Shown here piece by piece: positions 18,829-28,549 of a stretch of 64,000 bases of DNA (the first letter of the stretch is position 1; each line of letters begins with the position of its first letter). This stretch comes from a virus, in IMG/VR virus record IMGVR_UViG_3300045988_180190; one strand, written 5' to 3'. The translations under genes and the position numbers were made by a program. The notes beneath the pieces are model-generated. The model was not told where the DNA came from. It did not search any database and worked only from the letters and a program-made list of their open reading frames with translations.

Positions 18829-20892
18829 ATGAACGATAAAACTATCCAGCAAATTGAATTCGATTCCTCCCCCTGGGATGAGGAATTGCCCTATGAATAT
18901 GTGGGAGAAGATGAACATGATAAGGTTTTAGAGGACCTTTGCAAACTTCTTAGGACACCCCTTGATCCTGATATACATAGGAAAGTAAATCCAGATTATG
19001 ATACACGTTGCACAAATCTACTGTCCCACAGACATCAGATACCTAAAGGCTTTAAATACTCCAAGCCATTTAACTACTCTGAAGAGGGCAGAAAACGAAA
19101 AGTTTATCTGATGCAACAAATCAATCTCAGAAAGGCTGAGAAGAGAAGGGCTGAAGCACTAGCTAAACAACAACTTATCAATTCAACCGAAGAAGAGCAC
19201 TCCGAAGGAAATGCAACTCAAGGGGTTAGTCAAGATGCAATCTCTAGTGACCAAGGTTGGATTACTTCAGAGGGTCGCATTCACTTGCCTAAAAAGGGCA
19301 TACCCTCCATTAAGTTTCCCCAAATCTATCTTCCTCAATATAAAACTTACAGCAAATCCTACAATCGCATAACCATTGCAGATACACACTCTTTGTATTT
19401 TAGAGAGGTAAAAGCGGATATTGCACCATGGGATAATGAAGTGCTACAATTAAAATTTATATTTGAATCCGTTGAAAGTGACGGACTTAAATTCTCTAAT
19501 ACCATCTTAATTAGACCCAAATGGTCTGTTGCTGAACGCGCTGAAGATAATTCTCTTAAATTCTTTGAGCAGTATCTTAAGAACCTGATCCCCGCTTTAG
19601 GAGGCAGGCTTCGTAAGAATACCTATCAAAAAATGATGTTTGAGTGGACAAAGATAATGCTTGATGTTCCGGATTTTATGGAATACGACAAAACTAATTT
19701 AAGACTGGTAACCCCTGAAGCTTCAAGTCATAAGTATTCCTCCTGGAAACACAATATGGAACGTATTCAGTCATACTTTACTAAATACTACAATCGTAAG
19801 GTTGTCACTATATTACGTTATGATTTCCTTAATCCAAAATATCACACAGTATCTTTGGTACCCCACAGGTTTTTTAAGACCCGCACTAAACGTAGTGACC
19901 TACTTCCTGATATAAAACAAGCAATCGATAAAAGTATTAGTATATTTCAAGATCGCTACAATACTATATCCAAGATCGCATTGGACTCCGGGGAAGCTAT
20001 GGAGAAAGTATACCCAATGGTAGGTCCGGGATTTTGGGGAAAAATTGATAAAGCGAAGTATGAAATAGATTTACCCAAAGCGATTCAAGATCTAGAAACG
20101 CTAAAGAAAAAGTTGAAATCTATGGGCATTAAGCAAGTATTTCGTCCTGGACTGGACTATATAATGAAGTCTGGGGCTAAAGTATATGGAGTTATAGATA
20201 ATCCTAAAACTTTAGAGGAAGAATTTTGTAACGACATGCGCAGAATATGGTATGCTGAAGATTTAAACACAAAGGAAGACCTTACTCCACAAGTCCCACA
20301 ATGGCACATACAGCGCTTGTTGTCTCAGCTATGTCGACACAAAAAATATAAGGATTTACCCATGGAAAGAAAGATTTATCTTACAGGATTGCTTAGACAT
20401 GAAAATGATAAAATTTTTCATAATGACGTTGTTAAGGATATGGAAGAGCTGCAGATTTATGAAAACAGAGAAAAGCTTTCCGAAACTTTAGCGGACTTTG
20501 TATTTCAGCAAAGATTTTATTTTATGCCAAAAGGACCTGTAGGCAGGAACTCCAAAAAGTTCGGAAATAGAGACAGATGTGCAATATACGATTTAGCAAT
20601 AAAACCTTTATTATATAAACTCGCAAAAGGCGTGATTGAAGGTTCTTGCAAAATTAATACATTTGTAGTTAATATCTTGGCTAAGGCAAAAAAATCTATT
20701 CAGTCCTTATTTGGATATGGTAAGTTTTTTAAGCAGTACCTTAATTACAAAAGAGGGGGTCTTACGTTTGACCAGTATGATAAATTAGCCGATAAATGGC
20801 AGCAAGATAACGCTTACGTTTCAAACAACTTATGGATTCCCATCGTGGAGGAAGCTTATTTATCCTTGCACGATGGGAAATCCCAGAAATAA
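18829..20892 (+). CDS. hypothetical protein (687 aa); the only large plus-strand gene in the first 55 kb
   Basis: ATG at 18829 follows an AT-rich leader with a TTGACG ... CATTAT promoter-like pair. The ORF is long and uninterrupted, with no recognised motifs. Confidence 0.7.
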   Translation: MNDKTIQQIEFDSSPWDEELPYEYVGEDEHDKVLEDLCKLLRTPLDPDIHRKVNPDYDTRCTNLLSHRHQIPKGFKYSKPFNYSEEGRKRKVYLMQQINLRKAEKRRAEALAKQQLINSTEEEHSEGNATQGVSQDAISSDQGWITSEGRIHLPKKGIPSIKFPQIYLPQYKTYSKSYNRITIADTHSLYFREVKADIAPWDNEVLQLKFIFESVESDGLKFSNTILIRPKWSVAERAEDNSLKFFEQYLKNLIPALGGRLRKNTYQKMMFEWTKIMLDVPDFMEYDKTNLRLVTPEASSHKYSSWKHNMERIQSYFTKYYNRKVVTILRYDFLNPKYHTVSLVPHRFFKTRTKRSDLLPDIKQAIDKSISIFQDRYNTISKIALDSGEAMEKVYPMVGPGFWGKIDKAKYEIDLPKAIQDLETLKKKLKSMGIKQVFRPGLDYIMKSGAKVYGVIDNPKTLEEEFCNDMRRIWYAEDLNTKEDLTPQVPQWHIQRLLSQLCRHKKYKDLPMERKIYLTGLLRHENDKIFHNDVVKDMEELQIYENREKLSETLADFVFQQRFYFMPKGPVGRNSKKFGNRDRCAIYDLAIKPLLYKLAKGVIEGSCKINTFVVNILAKAKKSIQSLFGYGKFFKQYLNYKRGGLTFDQYDKLADKWQQDNAYVSNNLWIPIVEEAYLSLHDGKSQK

Positions 20893-20906
20893 TTTACAAA
20901 CCTATG

Positions 20907-22490
20907 TTACGTACGTTTAATGTTTAGGCTATCTACTGAAGCTAGTTCCACCTTTGTCATTACATTGGACATGGGACTCGCTTGCTCTTTCTCCACAAAT
21001 CTCTGATACGCAAAATCCCTTATTACAGGATAGTGGTATGGAGGGGATAGTCTATTTTTCCAAAAGTTAAACGTTTGTTGAGACTTGTATGACGCCTGAA
21101 TCTGATTAGACACTCTTGTTTTTGGATTTTCCAATCTGGAAATTCCCAATGCCCAAGAAGCGTCCTGGTCTAGCGTTTTACAGTCTGCTAGTTCCGTGAT
21201 AGTAATCATTGCTATATTTTCAGCTTGTTTAGGATTTACTTGAGCCATAACTACACCAGCAAGATGTTTTTGCTTCATAACCTTGCAAATATACTTCATA
21301 GTATAGTCGTAATACTCGTTTTTCTTTGCTTTTTCTTCTGGTGGCTTTTCAATGCCTCCACCAATCCAGTCAATAATTACAACATCAAGCCCACCATTTA
21401 ACTCTACAAAGCTATCTATAGCGTGTTCCAAACTACTAGTTATTTTGTTTCCCTTTAAACCCCAGTTTTCAAAATATAAATATGGCTTAACCAGCTGAGT
21501 GAATTCTTTTATTTCAGATATTTGTTGTTTAGACAACTTGTTATTATTAATGGCGTGACGTATTCCGTCATTAATTAAATCAAATGGAATATTTGTACTT
21601 AGACTCACACATCTGGGAACAAGATTCACCGCATGCTGTTCTGTAGATATAAATAATACCTTAAAGGCATTTAATGCGAGTCCAACAGCCAGCTGACACG
21701 CAAACACAGTTTTACCCCCAGAAGGTAGCGACGCTACAATACCGGTTTCTCCCTTTTTCAATCCGCCAGCCAATACCCTTGTAAATATAGGCAGTGTAGC
21801 CACCGGCATGCGATACCCCCCATTATCGGTATCCTCAAAGTCTACAGCATCCTCAAAGGACATGCAAGTGGAGTCTTCCACGGACAAGCCATCAGTTGCA
21901 GATTTAATCTTTGTAATTAACTCTTCTGCGGTTATCTTAGAATTATAGGTATTTGTTGTTATTTGAGCTACACGCCTTAATTCTAACCAAAAAGCTAATC
22001 CAGATTTGGCAAAGCTAAAAATAACTTCCTTATTATCTAAGGAATCTGAAATAAGTTTTCTTATATCAGACAAACTTTCTTCCGCAAATTTTACGTCTTC
22101 TATACTAAGCTTGCCCAAGTACATTTGGTCTCTCAAAAGACCCATTACAAAATTAAGATCTACACCTGTGTCAGTTCTACATTCATTTTCTGCTACTTCG
22201 GAACTTTTATCTCCTAGGGCGTTATAGAAAACAACAATACCATCGTAAATGTTATTATGAATACTCTTACTAAAATCTTCATATGCTCTATATGTCCCAA
22301 TTTTTGCATTAACTCGGTCTTTACAATACACTCTCCAAAAATCATAACTTAAAACCATCGCCGCAAGAAGGTATTGTTCAAACAACCTTGTATTGCTTCT
22401 AATCAAACTTTTAATCGCAGGATTGTCCGTGATGGCGATGTCTCTAGAAGACTCATTCGTTGGCTGTTGTGTTGGGGATTCTATATCCAT
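20907..22490 (-). CDS. DnaB-like replicative DNA helicase
   Basis: Walker A GIVASLPSGGKTVFACQLA, Walker B DVVIIDWIGG, RecA-type core with an N-terminal helical domain. Confidence 0.8.
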   Translation of the reverse strand: MDIESPTQQPTNESSRDIAITDNPAIKSLIRSNTRLFEQYLLAAMVLSYDFWRVYCKDRVNAKIGTYRAYEDFSKSIHNNIYDGIVVFYNALGDKSSEVAENECRTDTGVDLNFVMGLLRDQMYLGKLSIEDVKFAEESLSDIRKLISDSLDNKEVIFSFAKSGLAFWLELRRVAQITTNTYNSKITAEELITKIKSATDGLSVEDSTCMSFEDAVDFEDTDNGGYRMPVATLPIFTRVLAGGLKKGETGIVASLPSGGKTVFACQLAVGLALNAFKVLFISTEQHAVNLVPRCVSLSTNIPFDLINDGIRHAINNNKLSKQQISEIKEFTQLVKPYLYFENWGLKGNKITSSLEHAIDSFVELNGGLDVVIIDWIGGGIEKPPEEKAKKNEYYDYTMKYICKVMKQKHLAGVVMAQVNPKQAENIAMITITELADCKTLDQDASWALGISRLENPKTRVSNQIQASYKSQQTFNFWKNRLSPPYHYPVIRDFAYQRFVEKEQASPMSNVMTKVELASVDSLNIKRT

Positions 22491-23038
22491 GAAAAATCTA
22501 ATAGTCCTTTCTTTTCTGCAATAGCCTTTGCCAGACCTTTAATATTTGCAAGATCCTTTTTGGCGTCATCTAAATATTTAGACCTAACTATATCATCCTC
22601 TGGGGACAAGGATAGCCTAAGCCAAGCAGGAATTTGAAATCCTCCCAGTCTTAAGACCGTAATATGAGAACCCCCTGGATGTGATTTTAGAAAATTTCTA
22701 ATTATCTCCACGGCTTTTTTATATTCCCGGTCCACATATTGTTCCGCAGAAATTTGCGTCTCTTTCCCTACGGTCTCTTGATATTGCTGTATTTTACGTT
22801 CAATTTTTGAGTTTATGAGCGTTGCAGGAAAAATGGTTATGCCTCTTTTCCCCCAAGTGTCAAACACAAAATCAATATAAAATTTTTCAGTTACATCTAG
22901 CTGTTGACATTTTTCGGAAATTTTTTGCCAGATGTCTACCTTGTCATATTTGGGCATTAACTTATAAAACGGGTTACGCTCCTTTTGACACATAATAAAA
23001 TATTCTCTAATATCTTCAATTCTTACTGGCATAAGCAT
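22481..23038 (-). CDS. hypothetical protein
   Basis: The track ORF extends to 23227 but would read through strong hairpins and a terminator. An internal start MLMPVRIEDI at 23038 (or 23032) is preceded by aaaggag. Confidence 0.55.
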   Translation of the reverse strand: MLMPVRIEDIREYFIMCQKERNPFYKLMPKYDKVDIWQKISEKCQQLDVTEKFYIDFVFDTWGKRGITIFPATLINSKIERKIQQYQETVGKETQISAEQYVDREYKKAVEIIRNFLKSHPGGSHITVLRLGGFQIPAWLRLSLSPEDDIVRSKYLDDAKKDLANIKGLAKAIAEKKGLLDFSWI

Positions 23039-23079
23039 CTCCTTTGAGTTATAGCTAAAAAAAATATGAATAAAGTGAA

Positions 23080-23133
23080 GTAAAAATAAACGATTCAAGG
23101 AGTCCCATTTGCATGGGACTTTTAAACCTTGAA
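23080..23133 (-). terminator. rho-independent terminator ending the tRNA-Asn / structured RNA transcript
   Basis: Minus strand reads TTCAAGGtttaaaAGTCCCATgcaaATGGGACTCCTTGAAtcgtttattttt. Confidence 0.6.
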
Positions 23134-23588
23134 TCAGATTATTTTTTTTTCGGTAGTTGTAAATACAGGAAGCCGCCGCAGGGAGAAAGGAGGAAGCCCT
23201 GCGACGGCTCGAGTAGTTAACAATCATTTTACCAATTATCCAGTTGCCCAGATTTTAGCCTTGCGAGATTCCCCGTGTGGCTTAGCCTCTTGGTAGCGGC
23301 TGAATGGCTTAAACTTATAAAATTTAATTAATTATTAATGTACATAACTTCATGTTAATGTCCAGAAAAAAACATATTTTGTTAATAAAAGTAAAGCCAG
23401 AGATTGTCTGCACCCTAACGAACAGGTGTAATTACTACCTGTGGGGAATCGGCGTAGTATTTTCTTATTGCACCACACTCTTTCAGTGGCCTACCTTAGC
23501 GATAAGGCGTATACTCATACTTTTTGACTGACCGTGACAATCTACGGAAAGGTTGCTACCCTTTATTTGACGCCTCTGGCAAAGAACG
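23134..23588 (-). ncRNA. candidate large structured ncRNA immediately downstream of tRNA-Asn
   Basis: No credible ORF. There are GC-rich islands in an AT-rich genome. A 185-nt domain (23396-23580) is closed by gccagag/ctctggc plus attgtc/gacaat stems, with internal hairpins (aaagg/ccttt, cctta/taagg, acaggt/acctgt). A 12-bp GC hairpin gccgtcgcaggg/ccctgcggcggc lies at 23172-23208. Confidence 0.35.
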
Positions 23589-23660
23589 CTCCGAGAGAAG
23601 GGCTTGAACCTTCGACCAAGTGATTAACAGTCACCCGCTCTACCACTGAGCTATCTCGGA
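23589..23660 (-). tRNA. tRNA-Asn (GTT)
   Basis: Manual cloverleaf: acceptor tccgaga/tctcgga, D arm gctc-agtggta-gagc, anticodon loop ctGTTaa, T arm gaagg-ttcaagc-ccttc. Confidence 0.9.
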
Positions 23661-23666
23661 TTTATG

Positions 23667-24041
23667 TTAAGATTCTACAAGAAACACATCTCCTATTGGA
23701 GTACTCAAGACATGCAATCCTTCTTTGTCAAGAAAATCTGAGTTTACCCCAAAGTAAAAGCTTTCGCCTTTGTGTTTTACCTTAAAAATATCTATGTCAA
23801 TAATATCTCCAGAGTCATCCAAACCTAATGTATCTTTATAATAAGCTTTTAGTAATGGACTCTTGAACATTTCGGATTTGGTGACTACTGGAGAAACTAA
23901 ACTAGATACATTAAGCTTGTTGACTGAGGCTTGTGGACAACATTGCGTTGCCAGTGCAGCCTGAGTCTTTCTCTTTATCTGTTTTAAAATTTTTAGTTTA
24001 TTGTCCACTTTATTAAACTTTTCTGTAAATAAATTGAACAA
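23667..24041 (-). CDS. hypothetical protein (start uncertain)
   Basis: The track ORF begins at a TTG and the first internal ATG is far downstream. It ends 7 nt before tRNA-Asn. Confidence 0.4.
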   Translation of the reverse strand: MFNLFTEKFNKVDNKLKILKQIKRKTQAALATQCCPQASVNKLNVSSLVSPVVTKSEMFKSPLLKAYYKDTLGLDDSGDIIDIDIFKVKHKGESFYFGVNSDFLDKEGLHVLSTPIGDVFLVES

Positions 24042-24067
24042 ATTAAAAACTAAAAATCAATACATTT

Positions 24068-27000
24068 TTAAACATTTTTCAGTTTTAGCTGAAAAATATC
24101 TGCAGCGCATATTCTAGCTGGCATTACCAAATACCTTGAGTGTACTACCATCATATAATGTTCTCCACTGGCGGTTTTGATCATAACTATATCATACCCA
24201 CAATAGAGATCCTCAATTTTACTTGGATGTTTAGGCATAAACCTAACTACATTAGTATAATCAGGTATACACTTTGAAAGTACGGCTTTGTCTAATAGTG
24301 CAAATAAAAGGTTATCTTGCACTTTAATCCCTTCTTCAAGACTTTCCACTTTTATGATACTCCTACGGGAACTTGTCACTGTGGAATAATCTACAAAGTT
24401 TAAACCTGAGGGATTTGATATTTCTATGCGAGTCCTTTGGTAGTACTCATTTGTTACTAAGTTATTACTATTAAAATAATTATCTAGAGTGTCATTTATA
24501 AATGGTATTTTAGTACAAGCATTTATGTGGTCTAGATCCTTATCTTCATATGGTTTAACGATCCTAGATAAAGCTTTGGATATAATAAGCTTTATGGTGT
24601 CATCTAATTGATCACCGTAGGTTTCTTTAACTCCTATTTTTATCCCATAAAGGAACTCGAGTGCACTTAACAGCATATTGCTTGTGAGCACAGTACATAA
24701 AGAGGTAGACTCCACAATACGTGAAATCGAGTTTTCTTTAAGATAGATTTCCGTGTTAAATACTCCCCCGTTCGCGTATTGACCTTCGTCCAAATAATTC
24801 CTTACTTGATTCAGTTCTTTTGTATCATTCCTAAATATAATTTGGAACAATGCATTACTAAGATCTATAACAGAATACTTTCCGAGTACCGGAGTGAATG
24901 TTTTAATGGAGTCACCCCAAGTATCTTTTACATTGGCGGATTCCGCATTATTTATATACAGCCCCACGATACCCAATATATTGCTGTCATATATTGCCTG
25001 CTGTACAGCACTTTCATAGTTGCCAAGGCACACTCTATAGTTGCATCCCGCAGCACTATGCACTGAAGCTTTATATGCATATATACTTGGACGCGCTGAT
25101 TCCAGATATGTGATTGTATTCACATTTATTGGATCAAAAATCTGGTCAACAATGTCGTCTACATGATCATTGAGTGTATTAGCCTTTTTGCTGTAACCAA
25201 TTATCTTTAGAACTTCGTATCTTTTAGGGCTTTTAGAATAAAGATATATACCCGTGGAAGAGCTTACTTTACCTCTGCTAAAGTCTACTGGAATATATAA
25301 TCCAAGTACTCCAAGTTCATATTGTAAACCCGTCCTAGGATCCGTAATAGGATTTGGTTGGAAGGATACCTCAATACCGTCCTTGCACAGAATTACTTCT
25401 ATAATTTTTTTATTTTTTCTCAGATTATTAATCTGAGTAATTATATTATCGCAAGTGGAGATATCTTGTTCCTTTGTGAAGTCTAAATCCTTACATTCCA
25501 GTAACTTTTTGTTTAGCTCCTCGATTTCTTTTAGCTTTTCATTTCTCGCTTTTATTAAGCTGTTACTGTCGCTAAAGCTATCTAGAAAACGTTGCCAATA
25601 TACGTGGAAGCAATTAGTTTTAGTTATATAATTGATGAGTGCCTGCGTTGTAACACCTTTTAAGTGTACTATATCGTTGAGACACAACATTGTAGAGTTA
25701 TAATCCTCATCGTATTCTATTAGATCTCCTAAATCCATGCTAAGGTCACCTCGGATCTTAGATACCCAGTCCATATACATATGGGGATGCTTAAATGCAT
25801 TTCTTATAACTATTTTACTTATATTGTTTTGAAATATATAAGGTTCTAGCCTGTTGCTAAGATACTTAATCTGCTGTACTTTTTGATCATTAGTAGTAGT
25901 GATATCAACAAGTATTTCGGATAAAGCAATCTGGAAATTAAGATCTCTAATTTTTCCCGCGTCTCCATTACTGACTGCTACTGGTAAGGATAACTGTGCT
26001 GCTACTGGATTGAAAATTCCATAGATAGCCTCCATGTTTTGCGAAAACAGTAGTAGGTCACTATAGTAGAACATTTCGAACTTGTCCGCCATCGGTGTTA
26101 TATCTACAAAGTCAAACAAATTTGTGTATCCAATGTCTAACTTTGGGTATATACGCCTCCAATTATACGACTGCGTATAAGGTCGCATATCAACAATTTC
26201 AGACTTATCCGGAACTAATCCCATTAACATGCTTTGGTGACACTCTTTTCTGTCTCTTGTATCTGGGACGGACATTGTTGGACCGTTATAGAAACAATCT
26301 TTCAGGTATTCTATCAATTTACTTCCCTTGTATTCTTCTAGGGAATTATCCATTGCCACATTAAATACTTGTGCTAGATTCCTTGAGGAAGAATACTTAT
26401 CTCGTTGTATTGTGTAGACACCTTGGATCCCTTTCCACCTAAAAATTTTATGCCCGTTTTCTACACGGGTTTGGAAAGGTAGCGCTTTGTAGGCCACGGG
26501 TAGTGACGCAACTGTTAGTATTTGGGTAACACTTTTTACCCTGAATGCTTTCATATCCAGATATATATTATCTGGAATGTAAACTTTTAGATTTGTGTGA
26601 GGCAACACTTCTGTGGGAAAATCTGAAATAGTATTTTTCCATTCTGCTACCGTTTTATCTTTATTTATCGCATAATCATACGTTATAAAGTTGAGGGATA
26701 TAGCTTTGTATTGAGCTTCTTTATTTTTTGAATACTCATGGAACGCGTCTAACAGTTCGTTTAAATAGTCCAAGTTCTTTATCAACTGTAGATACGCTAT
26801 GATATAAAAATTACCTTCATTTAGGTCTAATACTATATCTTTTATAAGTTCGGAAAAATCCAACAATCCCTCCAAAGTCATCCTGTTAGGAAGATAGAGG
26901 TTATTGTACAATTTATCTCCAAAATCAACTCCACGCATTAGGAGCTGACAAAGATATCCATTGACATTTCTTGCTATTGCTTCACTGGTAGTCCTCTTAT

Positions 27001-27871
27001 TCTTTAAGAATTGTATATCTTGAAAGAATACCAAATGCCTACTTAAATTTTTTCTAAGGAGAGCATATTTTTTACCTGTTTTAACTTGGTCTATTAGATC
27101 ATCGAATAGCGTTTTAATGATATAACTTTTTGATTCATTAAACGTATTCAGTTTTTCAGCTATTTTATTTAGTTGTGTAGTATCGCTTGCTGATAAATAT
27201 TGTTTCAGTATTTTAAGATAATAAGAGGGATCCACAAATGGTATAAAAATTCTTTCATCTCTGGAATTAAAAAATAAAATTGTGTCAGTCTTGGACTTTG
27301 GCCATATCTTTACACATCCAAATGGGAAGCACTCGTTGCGACTTGATGGGTCAAACGTACTACTGCATCCTGTGATGTTAAACTTATCTAAATCTTCTGT
27401 ATACCCAGAAAACAGTTGCACTTCATTAAATAGTGGACGCAGTACCTTGAACCTATCTAATAATTTAGAGTCATTATCTCCAAATATATCATCTATAAAT
27501 TTGCCTATTACAGGAAAAATACAGTATGGATTATTATAATTAAAAAATAGGTCCGTCTCTTTTCTAGATAGAGATGGTTCCTTCCACACGTCTAAAAGCT
27601 TCTTTTCATCTATCTCCAATAAACCTGACTTAGTATTAAGCTCAAGTTCAGATACTTCGGTATCTTCTATTTGTGTGGAGTCTACGTTAAACATTGCGTA
27701 GATTCCCATTAGCCAATTAAATGAGTCTTTTTTCGGAATAGTTTTCAAATATTCCACAGTTGCCATCGGAACCTCCATGAGAATACGGTTCCTGTAAGGA
27801 ATGGAATAGCTGAACTGTTTCTTAAGTTTTACATTACGCTTTTTCTTATTAAAAATATCATCAATTGTCAT
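24068..27871 (-). CDS. large hypothetical protein (1267 aa)
   Basis: Uninterrupted 3.8-kb ORF with an ATG start. I could recognise no P-loop, polymerase or structural motif. Confidence 0.8.
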   Translation of the reverse strand: MTIDDIFNKKKRNVKLKKQFSYSIPYRNRILMEVPMATVEYLKTIPKKDSFNWLMGIYAMFNVDSTQIEDTEVSELELNTKSGLLEIDEKKLLDVWKEPSLSRKETDLFFNYNNPYCIFPVIGKFIDDIFGDNDSKLLDRFKVLRPLFNEVQLFSGYTEDLDKFNITGCSSTFDPSSRNECFPFGCVKIWPKSKTDTILFFNSRDERIFIPFVDPSYYLKILKQYLSASDTTQLNKIAEKLNTFNESKSYIIKTLFDDLIDQVKTGKKYALLRKNLSRHLVFFQDIQFLKNKRTTSEAIARNVNGYLCQLLMRGVDFGDKLYNNLYLPNRMTLEGLLDFSELIKDIVLDLNEGNFYIIAYLQLIKNLDYLNELLDAFHEYSKNKEAQYKAISLNFITYDYAINKDKTVAEWKNTISDFPTEVLPHTNLKVYIPDNIYLDMKAFRVKSVTQILTVASLPVAYKALPFQTRVENGHKIFRWKGIQGVYTIQRDKYSSSRNLAQVFNVAMDNSLEEYKGSKLIEYLKDCFYNGPTMSVPDTRDRKECHQSMLMGLVPDKSEIVDMRPYTQSYNWRRIYPKLDIGYTNLFDFVDITPMADKFEMFYYSDLLLFSQNMEAIYGIFNPVAAQLSLPVAVSNGDAGKIRDLNFQIALSEILVDITTTNDQKVQQIKYLSNRLEPYIFQNNISKIVIRNAFKHPHMYMDWVSKIRGDLSMDLGDLIEYDEDYNSTMLCLNDIVHLKGVTTQALINYITKTNCFHVYWQRFLDSFSDSNSLIKARNEKLKEIEELNKKLLECKDLDFTKEQDISTCDNIITQINNLRKNKKIIEVILCKDGIEVSFQPNPITDPRTGLQYELGVLGLYIPVDFSRGKVSSSTGIYLYSKSPKRYEVLKIIGYSKKANTLNDHVDDIVDQIFDPINVNTITYLESARPSIYAYKASVHSAAGCNYRVCLGNYESAVQQAIYDSNILGIVGLYINNAESANVKDTWGDSIKTFTPVLGKYSVIDLSNALFQIIFRNDTKELNQVRNYLDEGQYANGGVFNTEIYLKENSISRIVESTSLCTVLTSNMLLSALEFLYGIKIGVKETYGDQLDDTIKLIISKALSRIVKPYEDKDLDHINACTKIPFINDTLDNYFNSNNLVTNEYYQRTRIEISNPSGLNFVDYSTVTSSRRSIIKVESLEEGIKVQDNLLFALLDKAVLSKCIPDYTNVVRFMPKHPSKIEDLYCGYDIVMIKTASGEHYMMVVHSRYLVMPARICAADIFQLKLKNV

Positions 27872-27896
27872 CGTAATTTCTCTTCCTTTCTAAATT

Positions 27897-27930
27897 AAAA
27901 AAGGGAGCTATAGATTTTCTATAGCTCCCC
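27897..27930 (-). terminator. rho-independent terminator after the Ubl-like gene
   Basis: Minus strand reads GGGAGCTATAGaaaatCTATAGCTCCCtttttt. Confidence 0.7.
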
Positions 27931-27954
27931 GACACGGTTAAAATTTAATACAGA

Positions 27955-28455
27955 CTAGTTACCCTTAGATTGAGTGGCAATCTGAATGAAATCGCCGTCA
28001 TTCGGAACTATGAATGCAGCGTCGCCAGAGATATTATCTCCAGCACCATTCAGACGCACGTCCCACATTCCGCTTTCTACGTCTATACGAACATCCGGGA
28101 AATTGTCCAGGATCATCTTTACACTCCAGTTAGACGGTACAGTTACTTCCCTAAGCTGTGATTGGAACGGCACTACCGTGACCGTTTTTGTTGCAGCCGG
28201 TGTTTCCGCTTCATCTTCTGCCGTGGCACGGTTGGTTTCTTCTTCTTGAGGTTCTTCTACCTGTGTTTCTTCTTCGACTGTGTTGATATAGTTTATCACG
28301 TCTTCCTTCAAAGAGCTGAAGGAACCCCAGTACTGGTACATATCGCCTTCAGATATTATCTTATTCCTTCCACGAATAATGCGGTCCCTTATGAGTTTGG
28401 AAACGTTGTAGTTGATGGATTCTGCTATAGTTTCGATGATTTCGTTCTTTGTCAT
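27955..28455 (-). CDS. putative ubiquitin-like (ThiS/MoaD-type beta-grasp) protein with N-terminal helical domain and acidic linker
   Basis: The C-terminal ~75 aa are TVTVVPFQSQLREVTVP...VRLNGAGDNISGDAAFIVPNDGDFIQIATQSKGN. They follow the ThiS/MoaD pattern (..NG......v.dGD.i.i....G) and end Gly-Asn. The gene is adjacent to the E1-like and JAB genes. Confidence 0.5.
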   Translation of the reverse strand: MTKNEIIETIAESINYNVSKLIRDRIIRGRNKIISEGDMYQYWGSFSSLKEDVINYINTVEEETQVEEPQEEETNRATAEDEAETPAATKTVTVVPFQSQLREVTVPSNWSVKMILDNFPDVRIDVESGMWDVRLNGAGDNISGDAAFIVPNDGDFIQIATQSKGN

Positions 28456-28549
28456 ATTGTTTATTCCTTTTTTGTTATTGATTGATTGTTGACTAGTTGT
28501 TGATTGATTAATGATTGGTTATTAATTGGTTTTTAATTGCTTGTTAGTA

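Noticed and set aside
23039-23227. N-terminal 63-aa extension of ORF 22481..23227
   Set aside because: The extension would be translated through a 12-bp GC hairpin and an intrinsic terminator. An internal ATG with an aaaggag site at 23038/23032 is more plausible.
24068-27871. Calling the 1267-aa protein a crAss-type RNA polymerase
   Set aside because: There is only a single DxDxD-like string (DKDLD) and no other recognisable double-psi beta-barrel context. The evidence is insufficient.
28456-28549. ttgattg / caatcaa low-complexity intergenic stretch between the E1-like and Ubl-like genes as a repeat element
   Set aside because: It is short and irregular, and it is consistent with an unstructured A/C-rich translation leader on the minus strand. 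There is no evidence for a discrete element.
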